A program made the position numbers and the translations under genes. Of a stretch of DNA of 64,000 nucleotides, positions 1-13,600 are shown one piece after another. The number at the start of each line of letters is the position of its first letter. Position 1 is the stretch's first letter. Under the pieces are notes generated by a model. That model worked only from the letters and a program-made list of their open reading frames with translations, did not search any database and was not told the DNA's origin. Source of the stretch: Neovahlkampfia damariscottae (Eukaryota); contig JABLTG010000030.1 in NCBI GenBank assembly GCA_016618085.1, forward strand, positions 1 through 64,000, written 5' to 3'.

Positions 1-86
1 AAACCCAAACCCAAACCCAAACCCAATCCCAAACCCAAACCCAAACCCAAACCCAAACCCAAACCCAAACCCAAAACCCAAAACCC
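1..86. repeat. Telomere-like tandem repeat (AAACCC)n, G-strand TTTGGG
   Basis: 12 hexamers at 1-72 (11 perfect AAACCC, one AATCCC), then two AAAACCC variants at 73-86. C-rich strand faces the window start and degenerates inward. Confidence 0.55.
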
Positions 87-354
87 AACCAATGAAGAAG
101 TTCCAAAAAAAACAAAAAGAACTCAAAATTTTCCTCCTCACAATTAATTTTTAATTTAATGAATTTTTTTCAGTCAAGATGATATCAATATATGCTTTGA
201 TTTTGATTCATCTTTCTTATGTTGGAAGAATTTTCAAAAAAAAATGAAAACAATCAAATTATTACAATTTTAAATTTTCAGTAACTTTAAATTGTTAGTG
301 GTGATAAAGATTTATCCAAAGCCAACAAAGTTAAAATGGTAATTAAGAATTCTT

Positions 355-1544
355 TTATTTTAAACATCCATGAACATAACTTTCACCATCAATCTTTAAT
401 TTTGAAATATAGAAATTGAAGTTATTGAAATTCATTTCTTTCTTCAAAAAAGTACATAAATTATTTGAGACAAAATAAATAGAATTCTTGAAGATACTAA
501 AAGTATCAGGCCAAATAAGAAATTGATCATGTTTTATAACTCTTTTATAAGAATCTTTAAAATTCTTTTTAGTATTGAATGAATAAATTGAATTAGTTTC
601 GAGATCTGTTACAAAACATTCATTCTTATTTGAACAAATTAATCCATCACTTGCTATTTTTTTATGTCCAACAAATTTGATTTTTGTTTCATCATTTTTG
701 AAAAGATCTTTTGTTGAAATTGAATATAAACTTCTACTAGTTAAAGGTGTCCAATATAATGTCTTTTTATCACATGATAATGCAATCCCATCAACCCCTG
801 TTTTCATTGGTTCATCAATGAAACATTTTTTTGAGCTTGAAATTATCCATACATCTGGATCAGGTAACATTGATTTATGTGATTCAAAATATCTATTTAC
901 TCTATTTGTCTTCATTTCATAAGTCAATAATGCAGATTTAAAATTTGAATTTCCCTCACCAACAGGCATTCCACTATCTGAAATATAAGCAATATCATTT
1001 TTATCATCAACCACAATATCATTTAAAAATGAATTATCTCTATATACTTCTATACCTTCTTTAAATGTATAAATTTTAATCAATTCATTTTTATTTAAAT
1101 CCCAAATGATCAATTTCATTCCATTTTTCTCAATATTGTTTTCACTTAATGCCATATCTAGGATCCAAATTCTATTTTTTGAATCAATTTCAAATCCTAA
1201 TACTGATTTTAATAATTTTTTATTTATTTCCCATGATGGAAATGGTTCAAATAAACTAAGAATTTTAGTTTGTTATTTTTGTACTTTGATTTTGTGTTTA
1301 ATTTCATTAATGTAGCTGGACATTCTTTTGATAACCATCTTGGTGAACTTGTATAAATATTTCCTTTTGAGTCTAATTTTACTCCTGCCAGAGGACAATT
1401 TTCATAAATTTTATTTGAAACGTATTTTTTGTAATCTTCTTGTTTTTCAAATGTAAAATTTAACCATCTAAATGAATGTAATACTTCTAATTTGCAATAT
1501 CCAAAAGAAAATAAAATCAAAAAAATGAACAACAACAACTTCAT
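355..1544 (-). CDS. Secreted major royal jelly protein/yellow-family beta-propeller protein
   Basis: Signal peptide MKLLLFIFLILFSFGYC; motifs SPRW, PFPSW, RIWILD, FLNDIVVD, AYISDSG, DGIALS, LYWTPLTS, WPDTF. A 29-nt GT-AG intron at 1256-1284 joins the two ORFs. Confidence 0.85.
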
Positions 1545-1689
1545 TTGTTTTTTTCTGAGTCGAAATTTAATTGGATAAACATTGATAATAAAAAAGTTAA
1601 AGCTGTACTCAGGTTACACCCCAAATCTCTGTAAAATTTTAAGATTTTTGAAGCAAAATTCAAAGAATAATATTTATTCAAAAAGCAAA

Positions 1690-4600
1690 CTATTTTTTCT
1701 TCTTTTTGATAGTTTTCACAAATGTTTTCTTTTTTGGTTTTTTCTTTTTCTCTTCTTCTTCCGATGAAGAATCAGATCCATCACCAAATTTAATTTCCAT
1801 TGTGTTTGATCTATTGTTTTGTGTGAAATATTCAACTTCTTCTTCAACTTCTTTTTCAACTTCCATTACTTTTTGAGGAGGTTCATCATAAACTTCTTCT
1901 TCAACAAAAGCATTTTCGTCAGTTGGTTTTTTTTCTTTTGATTTTTTCATAAATAGATTTTCAAATTTCTTAACATCTTCAGATACATTTCCTTCATGAT
2001 CTGCTTTATATTTTGTAATTGATTCTTGAAATTCTTGTTCTTCTATTTTTCTTCTTTTCATTTTTTCTTCTTCTTCTTTAATTCTTTCAGCTTCTAATTC
2101 TTCTTTTGTTTTCTTCTTTTTTATTAATTCTAAATCTTGAGAACGAATTGCATAGGTTGAAGATTTTGGTTTAATTTCTTTATGTTTAAGTTTTGAATTA
2201 TCAACAAATACTTTTGTATTCACTTTTGCTACTTTTCCAACTAAATCTTTTTTTTTTAATTTTTCTTCTTCTTTTTTCTTTAATTCTTCTTCTTTCTTTT
2301 TTTGTTCACTTGTTTTTTCGAAATCAAGAATATCAATTTTTTGAAATAATGTTCCACTTCTTTGTTTTGTATCAACAACTTTTTCTTCAGTTTCAAAAGT
2401 AAAATCTAATTCACCTGTTGGAGATTCATCACCATCTTCTAATTTTTTTTCAAATTCTGCTTTTCTTTTTTTCAATTCTAATTTTTCAAGTTTTCTTTCC
2501 ATTTCTTTTGTTAAAACTCCACCATTTTCTGCTTTATATTTATTAATTGTTTTTTGAAATTCAACATCATCTTTTCTTAATTTTTTCAAATATTCTTCAA
2601 CTTGTTTTTCTTTTTCAGTTTTTTGTTTTAATTTTGTTATAATTTTATTGGATGATTTTAATCCCTTTCTTTTAATAAAGAATAATCTTCTTTGAATTCT
2701 ATTCCAAGATAATAAATCATTAAAAATATCATTCATTGATGAAAAGTTTTCTTCTGGTGTTTCAGAATCAGTTTGAAAATTCATAGGTTTATATATATAA
2801 TCAACATCCCATGGAACTGCTTTAACACTAAATAAATCATCATTTTCTTCTTTTTCATGTAATTTCAATAAAATTGATCTTGCATATTCATCATGTTCAT
2901 TATTTACATATAATTTTCTAATTTTCATTTTTAATTTTCTTTGATCATGTTTTCTTCTTGTATATGCATCCCATAAAATCATAGAAACAACAATTACAGT
3001 TGATCCAACAATAACAAAGAATGCTAAGTATTCAGATAATCCTTTTGTTCCAGCTGGGAAATTATCAACAAAGAATAAGAATCCAAAGAATAATGTTGTC
3101 ATTGTAACAATAATAACAAAATAATCCATCACATTATGAAATTTTCTTTTAAATGGAACAAAATTTGTATGTAAAATGAATCCCATAAATAATAAAAAGA
3201 TACCTGAAACAATAACAAGCATCTCATCAAAGAAAATATAAAGAATTGATAAAATTGTTTTTCTTAAAGTAATAACAGCTTCCCAAAAAAATAATTTGTT
3301 TCTAAAACGAGATAACATAAATTTGTTTCTTTCTTTAAAATTGGTTTGTTTACTCCATTTTGAATAATTAAAATAAATAATAACAAAATAACAAAGAGAT
3401 CCAAAACCAAATATTATATACCAAAGAATAGTCATTGGAAGCATTGTCCACCATGTTAAATCATAATAACATCTAATATCAGGTGAATTATTTAATGTGT
3501 ATAATCCATCTGGTTGTGCTGTACAAACAAATAATTCAGATGCGGTTGTCATAATAAAAATAAATGTAAAACTTAAAAATGCAAAGAATGCATTAATAAT
3601 ACGATTCAATATTTTAACTAATTCTTTTCTAGAAGATTGTTTTGTTATAAACCAAATATAAAAGTTTGCAATAGTTGTCAATATATTTCTCAATACATTA
3701 AGTAAAAGAAAAATGAATTTTTTAAATCCTTTTGTTTCATCATCTTCATTGTCATATGAATTTGGTTTAATGAATTTAATTTGTATTTTTAATTTTTCAA
3801 AAATTTTAGCTGCTGCAGTGGCAGCAAATGATCTTAAAATTAAAAATGCATATAATAATCCAAATGTTCCAAGAAAATAAACTGGCATCAACATTTGTAA
3901 TACCCATAAACTTACATAAGTCATGTTAGGGAAAATACAATTTGGACTTAAGAAATCTGTGTTGAAATTTGAAACTGAAGCAGTTGTTAAAGTACTTCCA
4001 ATTAGAGTTGGCCATTCAATATCAAATTTAGCAAACATAGATAATACTTGCCAAAATGAAAAAGCAATGGCAATTGAAGCCATATGATGTACTTTTGCAG
4101 ATGACAAAATGAAAAATAACATGGTAACAATAACCAAAAGACCACCAATTCCCAACAAACGAGCCCATGTAAAGACAATTGAACCACAAGGATTACATCT
4201 ATTTCTAAATTTATACCAACTATCAACACATCTACCACAACGAACTCCAGTGTAACCCTCTGTACAATTTTGAGGTGAAAAACCTCCACATGATATTTTT
4301 GGTAAACATGAATAAAAATTGACAAAATTTGTTTTGAAATTGAAATATCCAGGGAGTGCCAATGGTTCAGTTGTATTAAAAGGACAGAATGCACCTTCAG
4401 GACAAGTTATACATTTCTTATGTGCTCCAGAATGATCATAATATTGTGTATTAACATAAAATCCTTCGTCACAAAGACAATCTTTATGAGAAGTAGCTTT
4501 AGTTACAAGTCCAGTTGTATTTGCAGGACATTTTTCACAGTAAGTTGAACCAGAAAAACTATTATATGTTCCATTTTCACAATTAATACATTCATATGAT

Positions 4601-7600
4601 CCAATAGTTGGTTTATATGTACCTGGTGGACAAAGTTCACATGGAGATTTATAATCAGCTGAAGAATAACCAGCACCACATGTTGTGTATTGAAATTGTG
4701 TAGAATTAACATAATGCCAATCAACTTTGTTGTAAGACAATGAGAAGTCTACTTTTCCAGGTGGATGTGTTTGAACATCACATATTACTTGTTCATCATC
4801 TTTTCTGTTACATGGTTTATCTGAAACAATTCTTCCAAATTTACAGTAAATATTTGGAGCTGATGCTCTAGTTGCAACAATACCTTTTCCAGAAATGACA
4901 ATTTGAATTCCACCAAAAGTTGGACCTGATTTTGGTTCAATATCTAATAAAGTTGGAGCTTTATAAAATTCAAGTGAATATCCATCTGAATTAATTTCAT
5001 GTTGAACATTTTTCATTGTAACATAAACAGATGATCTATTTTGAGTTAAGTTATATGGAATTTGACAAATAACACTTGTACTTGCATTTGAAAAAAGTGA
5101 AAATGAAACAACTGGTTCAACTTCATATATTTCCATTCCTGAAATCGCAGATCCTTTGTTTTCATACACAGAACAATTCTTTCCTAATCCTAAATTCAAA
5201 CCAAAAACAGATATATTTAAATCTTTTCTAACAGTAAATGCAGGAATAATTCCGGTAAGAACTGGTTGAGGAAATTGATCTACATAAACAAATTTGATAT
5301 ACTCATAATCATGTCCGTTATTGAATGAAACACCTAAATTTAATTCAAATGGAAAATCAACATCATATCCAATATTGAGAGTTTCCAATTTTGGTGAAAT
5401 AAATTTGATAAGAGTTGAAGAAACAATTTCATATTTTGATTGTTCAGTAATATTAAAAATACCTTTTGAACTCTTCAAAATAAATTGAACATCACTTCTA
5501 GTTGCATTGATATCAAAATTTTCACCTGTAAGTAGTGTGCTTAACTCTTTGTCAATTAAGAAATTTTTCAAATTTTGAATTTCTTCTGTTACTTCTGGTA
5601 AAACTGATGAAAGACGAAATGATGGTTTAATTGTTTCATAGGTATGAATATCATGATAATTAATTCCATCATTGAAAGTAACTTCTATTTGAATTCTATT
5701 CACATCTGAGACTGTAATTGGAATGGATGCTGAAGTATCAGTAATTGTTCCACTTGAAAAAGTGACTGAAGGCAGAGCAAATAATGCATCTTTGAAATAT
5801 GTTATCCTGAATAATGCAGATTTGAATGATTTAAAATTACCAACTAAAACAACTGGATTGGTTGTATTTTGAATAAGAATTGTTTTCGGTTCAATTGATG
5901 TGATTGCTGTTTCTTGATAGTCATAAACTTCAATTTGATTTGAAGCATAAATATTGATAATGATCCAGTCATTGTCTTGATTAATCAAACCAATATTTAA
6001 TGTATATTTACCAGTTGCTTGAGGTGATGTATCCAATTTGCAAATTCCAATAGTTGAACAATTTGCAGATACAAAATATGTTGAATTCTTGTAAAAACGA
6101 AAACCTAATTTTTCAGTTGAATTTAAATGAATATCATTCATTGGAAATCCAATCAGTTTAATTCCATCAGTTTTAATACCCAAAGGAATTTTTGAAGGCC
6201 ATGTTGAATATTCAGAATATCTTGAGACTTTCATTGAAAAAGATGAAATAATAAAATTATTTCCATTATCAAATGATACTTTGACAAATAATTGACGTGG
6301 AAAATTAATTGATAAATCATAAAATGGAGGAAATTCTGCAAAAATGTGATTTGAATCAATATATCTTCCTTTTGAAATTCTTCTAATGAAGTTATCAAAT
6401 ATAATTACAACAATATTTGAATTATTAATAAATCCATTTCCTTCGATGATTAAATTATTATATTGAATATAAGATAATGTTAAATTTGAAACATTTGTAA
6501 TATTGATTGAATTTTCTTCATAAAACATCAATGTTTTACCAAGATCTTGTTCTTTACCATTATTAATTGAAACTTTCATATCATATTCTCCTGCGGTGGT
6601 AATTGATGGAATACCACAAACAAGAGATGTAGATGATGCCAATTTACAAATTTCTGTTTTTCCTGTAGTTCCTTGAAGAAGATTAAATTTAATTTCTGCT
6701 CCAGTAAATTCATAAGGTAAAATGGTTAATATAACTTCAGATGTTTGATCTGTTTTGAAGTAAATGGATGGTGAAATATCTGTCACAGATATATAAGGAT
6801 AAACTGTGAAATAAGGAACAAGTTTCATGCTGTATTGATTGTTCATCCATAAATCCAATAAAAATTTTCTTGGTGAATTCCAGCTTTCAAAAGTATCATG
6901 AATAGCTGGGAATTGACAAGTCACAAGTCCAGATGCATGATTACAAACCAAATTAGTTTGATTACCAGTTGAAAGATATAATTTAATTGAATAATCATAT
7001 CCACTATAAAAATCTGTTGGAATTGGATATCTTCCAATTGTTTGACTGATGGAAAAGTCTCCTAATGATATTCCAAAAGTTGGTGATAAAGGAACTGATT
7101 TTACGACTCCAGATATTTTTGCAGAGTTTTGTGTCAATTCAATATCCCCAAATTCCGAGACAAAATATAATTTCATTGTGTACAAGAAACTATCAGTATT
7201 TGAATTTGGTGTACCAAAACTTGTAAATGGACAAACAAAATGTGTCGTATTGGAAACTCCCAATTCATATTCGGATGTTTTCGTGTCAAATAAAGCAATA
7301 GAAGAGCTTGTTTCTGCTGATCCAGTTAAAGTATACTTACATTTGAATACGAATCTTTTGTAATTTAATTCAGTATTTACATTAGAAATTAATCTAACTG
7401 GATCATATTCTCTTTCATAAAATGAAAAGAAGTATGGTTTCAAGCGTTCAATTGTCATATTAGAATAAAAATGAGTCAAATAATCAACTTTGAATGCTTG
7501 TGATATTAATCCAGATGTTTTGTGATAAATATGAAAAGTGAAATTCAAATTACTTGGTAATGATGTCACAGTATCTAAATTATATTGATTCATTTGACAA

Positions 7601-10600
7601 CTTGGATAATCACCAGTAAAATTACAATCAAGTGTTGTGGTAATTGATGAATCAACAGTTGGAGTCATGTTCAATTTGTAATCAAAATTTCCATTCGGAT
7701 TTCTGTATTGCAAAAAGTTTGTTTGCCAAATACTTATTTCATTCAATAATTTTGAAGAATTCCAATACAAAGGTTCTCTGATAAATAAAAACATTTGGTT
7801 ATCAGGAGTAATATCAAAAGTTGAATTTCCTGTTGCATTCATCCAAAGTGAAACTGTGATAATTTCAACAACATTCGTAAATGATTGTTTATGTATCTTA
7901 CAACTCAATGTTGAATTTGAGTTTCCAGTATATTCAGCTTTAGACAAAAATATTCCATCATTTGATTTATATTGACAATAAATTTCACGAGTTAAAATTA
8001 AATCAGAAGCAATTTTCAATGACACATCTGAATCCAAGAAACCAGCAGTTTTTTCATGACCAAGTGAAAATGGAAACATTGATAAAGTTGAAATTTGATT
8101 CAAGAAATAAAATTCTGAATTAACATTATGTTTTTTTGCCAATGGAATAGAAATTCCTGTGATTTGTGAAACAACGTTGATTGTAACATAATTGAAGAAG
8201 GAATTTGATTTTTCTGTGGATATTGTACAATTAAAAGTATTTTGAATTAAAGTTGCAGGAGTAACTTTTCCATCAAAATGACATTCATAAGTAACTTTTG
8301 AAGTGTAAAAATCTTGTGATAATGATGTATTCAGTAAAATACCTTGAGTTTTTGTAAGTGATGCAAATGGTGCAGTATTTGTAACATCAATAAAATTCAC
8401 AAGCAGAACATCCAACAAATTTGAAGATACTTTCACTGCACCATTATATGCTTTGATATCTTTATACCATAAACTTACAACATCAACCATTTCAATTGAA
8501 GAAGATGTGGAACAAATATAAACTCTTGGGTTAGAAGCATCATAATAAGTTTTCACAAAAGTACTACCAATTCTACATTGAACTCTTGGTTTTTGTTCAT
8601 CTTCTAATAGAACATCATCTTTCAATAAAATTGTGAAATTTGTCAATTCACCAACATATCCAATGTTATTTGTTCCAGTAACAAATTCAATTGATGATTT
8701 CAATAATATTGTAATGTTCTTTGATTGAGATATTGGAATCATATTTCTAAATTCAACTGATTCAGGATGTTTGTAAAATAATTGAATTGCATGAGTTCCT
8801 TTTTTATCCGAAGTATCCAAAGGTGTAATATCTTTTTGCACATTAATTTTGTTCTTAATATCTCCAAATGAAAAATCTTCTCTATAATTTGTTCCAAGAC
8901 CAAAAACTAAAATAAGTTCACCAGTTGTAATTGTAATTTCATCATCGAATGTAATATTAATTGGAAATGTTGGATCATCTGATGAAATTACTTGTGGATA
9001 AAAATCGGATAATTCTCTTTTATCATAAACGATCCATTCCAGTGCTAATCTTCTTTGAAGTAATTCAGCAGCTGTATATTTCAGAACATACGAATTAAAT
9101 CGTAAAATTCCAGTTGAATTTGTTGGTGTAATACATTGAAGTGTTAAATTCAATTTCTCACAAATGAAGTCTTGATTCAAATATTCATCAATATATGAAA
9201 CATTTGATGGAACACGTTTGTAATCCAAAACTTGAACATTTTCATTTCCAGAGATTAATCCATGAGATGGACTGAGAAAATCAGTGGTAATAAAGTAAAA
9301 TGCTTCATCAACAATTGTAATTTTTCTTTCAGTACCTTTTGTAGTCATCCAAATACTAACATAAACTTTTTCTTCAGTAAATGAAGTAAAATTGCATTTG
9401 AAAGAACCTTCTACATTGTGAATCACTTCTGCAACAGAAACATTTCTATAACGTGTTTCATTTGGTCCATATTTGCAAGTAAAATTTGCAGCACCATAAT
9501 CAAGTGTTGTATCAAAAACAGTTGAAATAGTAACTCTTGTAGTACGATTCACAACTGAAATAATTGGATTAATTCCATTAATCAAAGATGGAATAGCAAA
9601 AATAACTTCTAAATGATTTGTTGAAAGTTGAAAATTATAATCATTTTCTTTATACCATAAAGTTAATTGTTTTTTTCCACCTTCAGTTGTTGAAGTATTC
9701 ACTTGAAATTGATTTAAATTTCCAGTTGAAGCAACAAAAGCATTCTCAGGAGCAAAACCAGATAAATCAGATAATTTTCCAGTGATCTTACCACGTAAAC
9801 TTTGTGGGATAAATGTTGAAATATCAATGTTAAACATGGACATTTTTGATGTATAAAAGAACTGAATTTGATCAACATTTGAAAATGAAATATTTGATTG
9901 ATAAAGATAATGAAATTTTGTAGCAGAATCTACAGTTGTGATGTAAATATCTTCGTTTGTAATTGAAGGAATTCTGAAATATGATTGAAATTGAATCATA
10001 TCTGATTTATGAACATCATATTTCACAGAACAATTTACTTTTCTATCTGTAAGAGGTGTTGTTAAAGTCTTATTTTGATTGAATTGGCAATAAAAGCTTA
10101 TTTTATCATCTAAAGTATTTAACAATGCACGTCCATCAAATTCCAAAACTATATGCATATCAGTACCATTAATCGCAGCAAGAGGGAAAATATCAGTAAT
10201 TTCATGATTTTCTTTCAGTATCAAATCTTTGCGGATTTGCACTAATTCTCCAAAATTTGATGTTGAATATTTTTTATATTCCATTTTGAAATTTAGCAAA
10301 AATATATCAGCAACACCTTGATAAGGAATTGTTGTTTTAGAACAAGAAATCAATCCATTTCCTGCTCCAATTGAACAAGAGAAGTCACTACTAGAAGTTG
10401 AAACAATTTGATGACCATATCCTCTGTAAGTGGATGGAACAATAAATGTTGCAGAATTATTCTTTCTTATTGATAAAGTTTGAGATCCATCAAATGTTAA
10501 ATAAGAAGGTGAAAATTCAAGTATTACCATTTGAACTGTAGAATCTTCAAATGATATGATGCCTCCAAGTCCAGGTATAGCCACATTATCAATATACAAA

Positions 10601-13600
10601 GATATTGGTACAACCTCTTCGATTCCTCTTGATTTAAAAGAACATTTAAAAATATTTTCTTCTGAAGTTCTAACAATTGGAACTTTGTTTCCATAAATAT
10701 AGCAGTAAAATGAATATGATGGATGTAATTTTTTTGTTACATTAAATTCAACAATAAGACTAGTACTTTGATGTGTAATTGCATCACCAACATATGGTAA
10801 TTCAGTTAAAATACTAACATTTGATTTAAAGATATTCGATGTCATTGAGAAAGTTACTACATCTCCAAAGTGTGGTGAAGTGACTTCCATTTGATAATCC
10901 AGTCTCATTGGTGTATGTGTCAGAGATAAATCTTGAATCATACATTCAGGTTGTAACTGTTTGTCAAAATTACATGAAAGATATTTTGTTGGATTTGTAG
11001 TTGAATATTCAGGAATTAATTTGACTTTATAACTATTATAACTAATCTTTGTACTTGGTATTAATTGTGGATTTGAAAAATCTAAGCTGAAATTTTGATA
11101 AAAATATTGAGTAGTAATTGTTGAAGGAATCAATATTTCAACTGGTTCTTTCAAATAAACGTAAGTTAAATTATTTGACGTCAATATAAAATTCAAATTT
11201 GTATCAGAAGACGCATCCATGTAAAGGTCAAATGAAATAAATTCTGATTTTAAATTCAATGTAACATCTATTTTGCATTGAACCAATTTGGTGTTTCCAG
11301 TTACAAATGATGCTTTTGATAATTTTTGAACTCCATTATGAATATAACGACATTTCAATCCTGAATCTGTAAATAAACTTGAATCTGTTGTGATTTGTAT
11401 TGTTGGCTTTTTATTTTGATTTGATCCACTGAATCTATCAATAAATGGATACAAATAATTTGTTTGTACAAGGTCCATGAAAATAAATTCTAAAGTATTT
11501 GAACTTGCTTGTGTGGATTCACCTGTTGGAATATAAACTGCCCAAAGTCCAATTTGAATTTTTTTTCCTGCTGTTGCATAAATATTTGATTGAAACAATG
11601 AAGTTGCATATATTGCATCAAATGAAGATCCATCATACCTTGTTTCCCATCTCACTAGACCATTATAATTCACATTTAAATAAGTGTTTGTAATTTTGAC
11701 TGTTGAATTGGTTACTAATGCACCAACAGGATCAATTTTTGAAATCGTGAACTGTTTTAAAAATCCAAAAGATAAAAAATTACTATTTAAAGTCAATACA
11801 ACTTCATCTGGTGATTGGACAGTTGGTGTAAATGAATGTGATCCTCCTGTTTCTGTGTCCAAAATGGCTGTAGCAACATTATTTCCATAATAAATCTCAT
11901 ATCCTACAACGTTTCCAGATTCCATTTTCTGCACTTTGAACTTAAATTCTGTGGATGCTGAATTGCAACTATCTATTTTTCTTGGAAGTTCATTTCCATT
12001 GTAAACAATGACAAAGTCACTGCAGTCAGCTTTTAATTCGCCTGAGTTAATCAATGATTGGGTATCATGGGTGACTTTAAGGTATCGAGCAGTGTTCAAT
12101 TTGGTGGTTCCAGTTTTGTAGGTTAAACTCAATTTATTTTTGAATGTGTTGTGAATATTCTTCACTTTGAATGCGTTGATTTTGTTGTATTTAATTCCAA
12201 TTGATTTATAGCCACCAATAGTTGATGAAACAGTACATTGATATGTATCAAGAGAAGTGATTGTAGTTGTAACATAGTTGTTATCAAAATTACAATGAAC
12301 TCTTGATTGATAAATTTGTGGAACATTTGCAACATTTAATTTAACAACTGGTGTCAGTGTTATGTCTGTATTTCCAAATTGTTTGCTTGAAGATTCATAA
12401 GAGATTTCTCCAAAGTTGAAAAAGAACAAAGAAATAAGGTTTGAAGATAATTGAGAGCGAATACCCATTGTATCAATCATCCAAAATGTTAAATTTCTGT
12501 GAATTGCAGAATTGATCACACAAGTGAATTCATTTGAATCTAGTCTTGTTGCACCTATAATTGTTCCATCTTCTAATTGGCATTGCAAAGAATCTTTCAA
12601 TAAAATTGAAATACTTTCAGTATTTGAAAATTGAAATGTTCTTGTTCCATTTAATCCAGTTACAGATTCTGATGGATAAATTGAATTTGGTTTAATTGTA
12701 AAAAATTCTACCATTTCTTCATTGATCACCATTTCAAAATTCTTATACACAACATGAACATTGAAATTGAACGTAAATGAATTTTGATTTTGAACAGAAA
12801 GACATTTAATTGTGGTTGTATTGATAATTTCTCCAGAGTAATTTCCGTTTTGAAACACACAATATGATTTGAGTCCAACAATAGTAGTATCAAAGGTTGA
12901 TGTGTTGAAAGTGATAAATACATCTTTTGGTGTTTCAGTTAAAATTGCTTGAGGATAAATTGTTACAATTTTGTTCTTTCTGTAAAACAATGTATCTATT
13001 GTATCAATTACAACATTTCCATCATATAATGTTAATGGAATCTCCATAATATCTTTTGGCAATACTGTAATGGAATTTTTGGAACAATATTGAATTTTGT
13101 TGGAAGAAAATAAACATTGAAAATTGATTGAATATTGAGTATTGTTTAATGCATATGGATAACCAACTTTTCCAGGTAAAAGTGCACCATTTTTATCTTT
13201 TAATCCAATATTTCCAATGTAGGAATTGAAAATTTCTGGTACTTCAATTTTTGTATTTATCAACCAAAATGAAATTGAATTTGTTGTTATTTTTTCAACT
13301 TCATTGGATTCATATAAAAATATTGTTTTAATCCCTGTATTTGGAGCACTTAATTGAAGCGAACATGAAACACTTTTTCCATCAGCTGAAACTGAAGATG
13401 CAGTTACAAAATAATTATCACTGAAAATTCCACATTTCGCTATTTGTGATGGATACTTTCTATATCTAGTGATATTTTGATTTGTTGTGATTGTAACAAT
13501 TTGATTTCCTGTATTTTCAGAACGAATTAAATGTCTATCAATATTTAAAATATTTGCATATGGTAAATTAACAAGATGTAAATTTGTTGAAATTGTTTCT

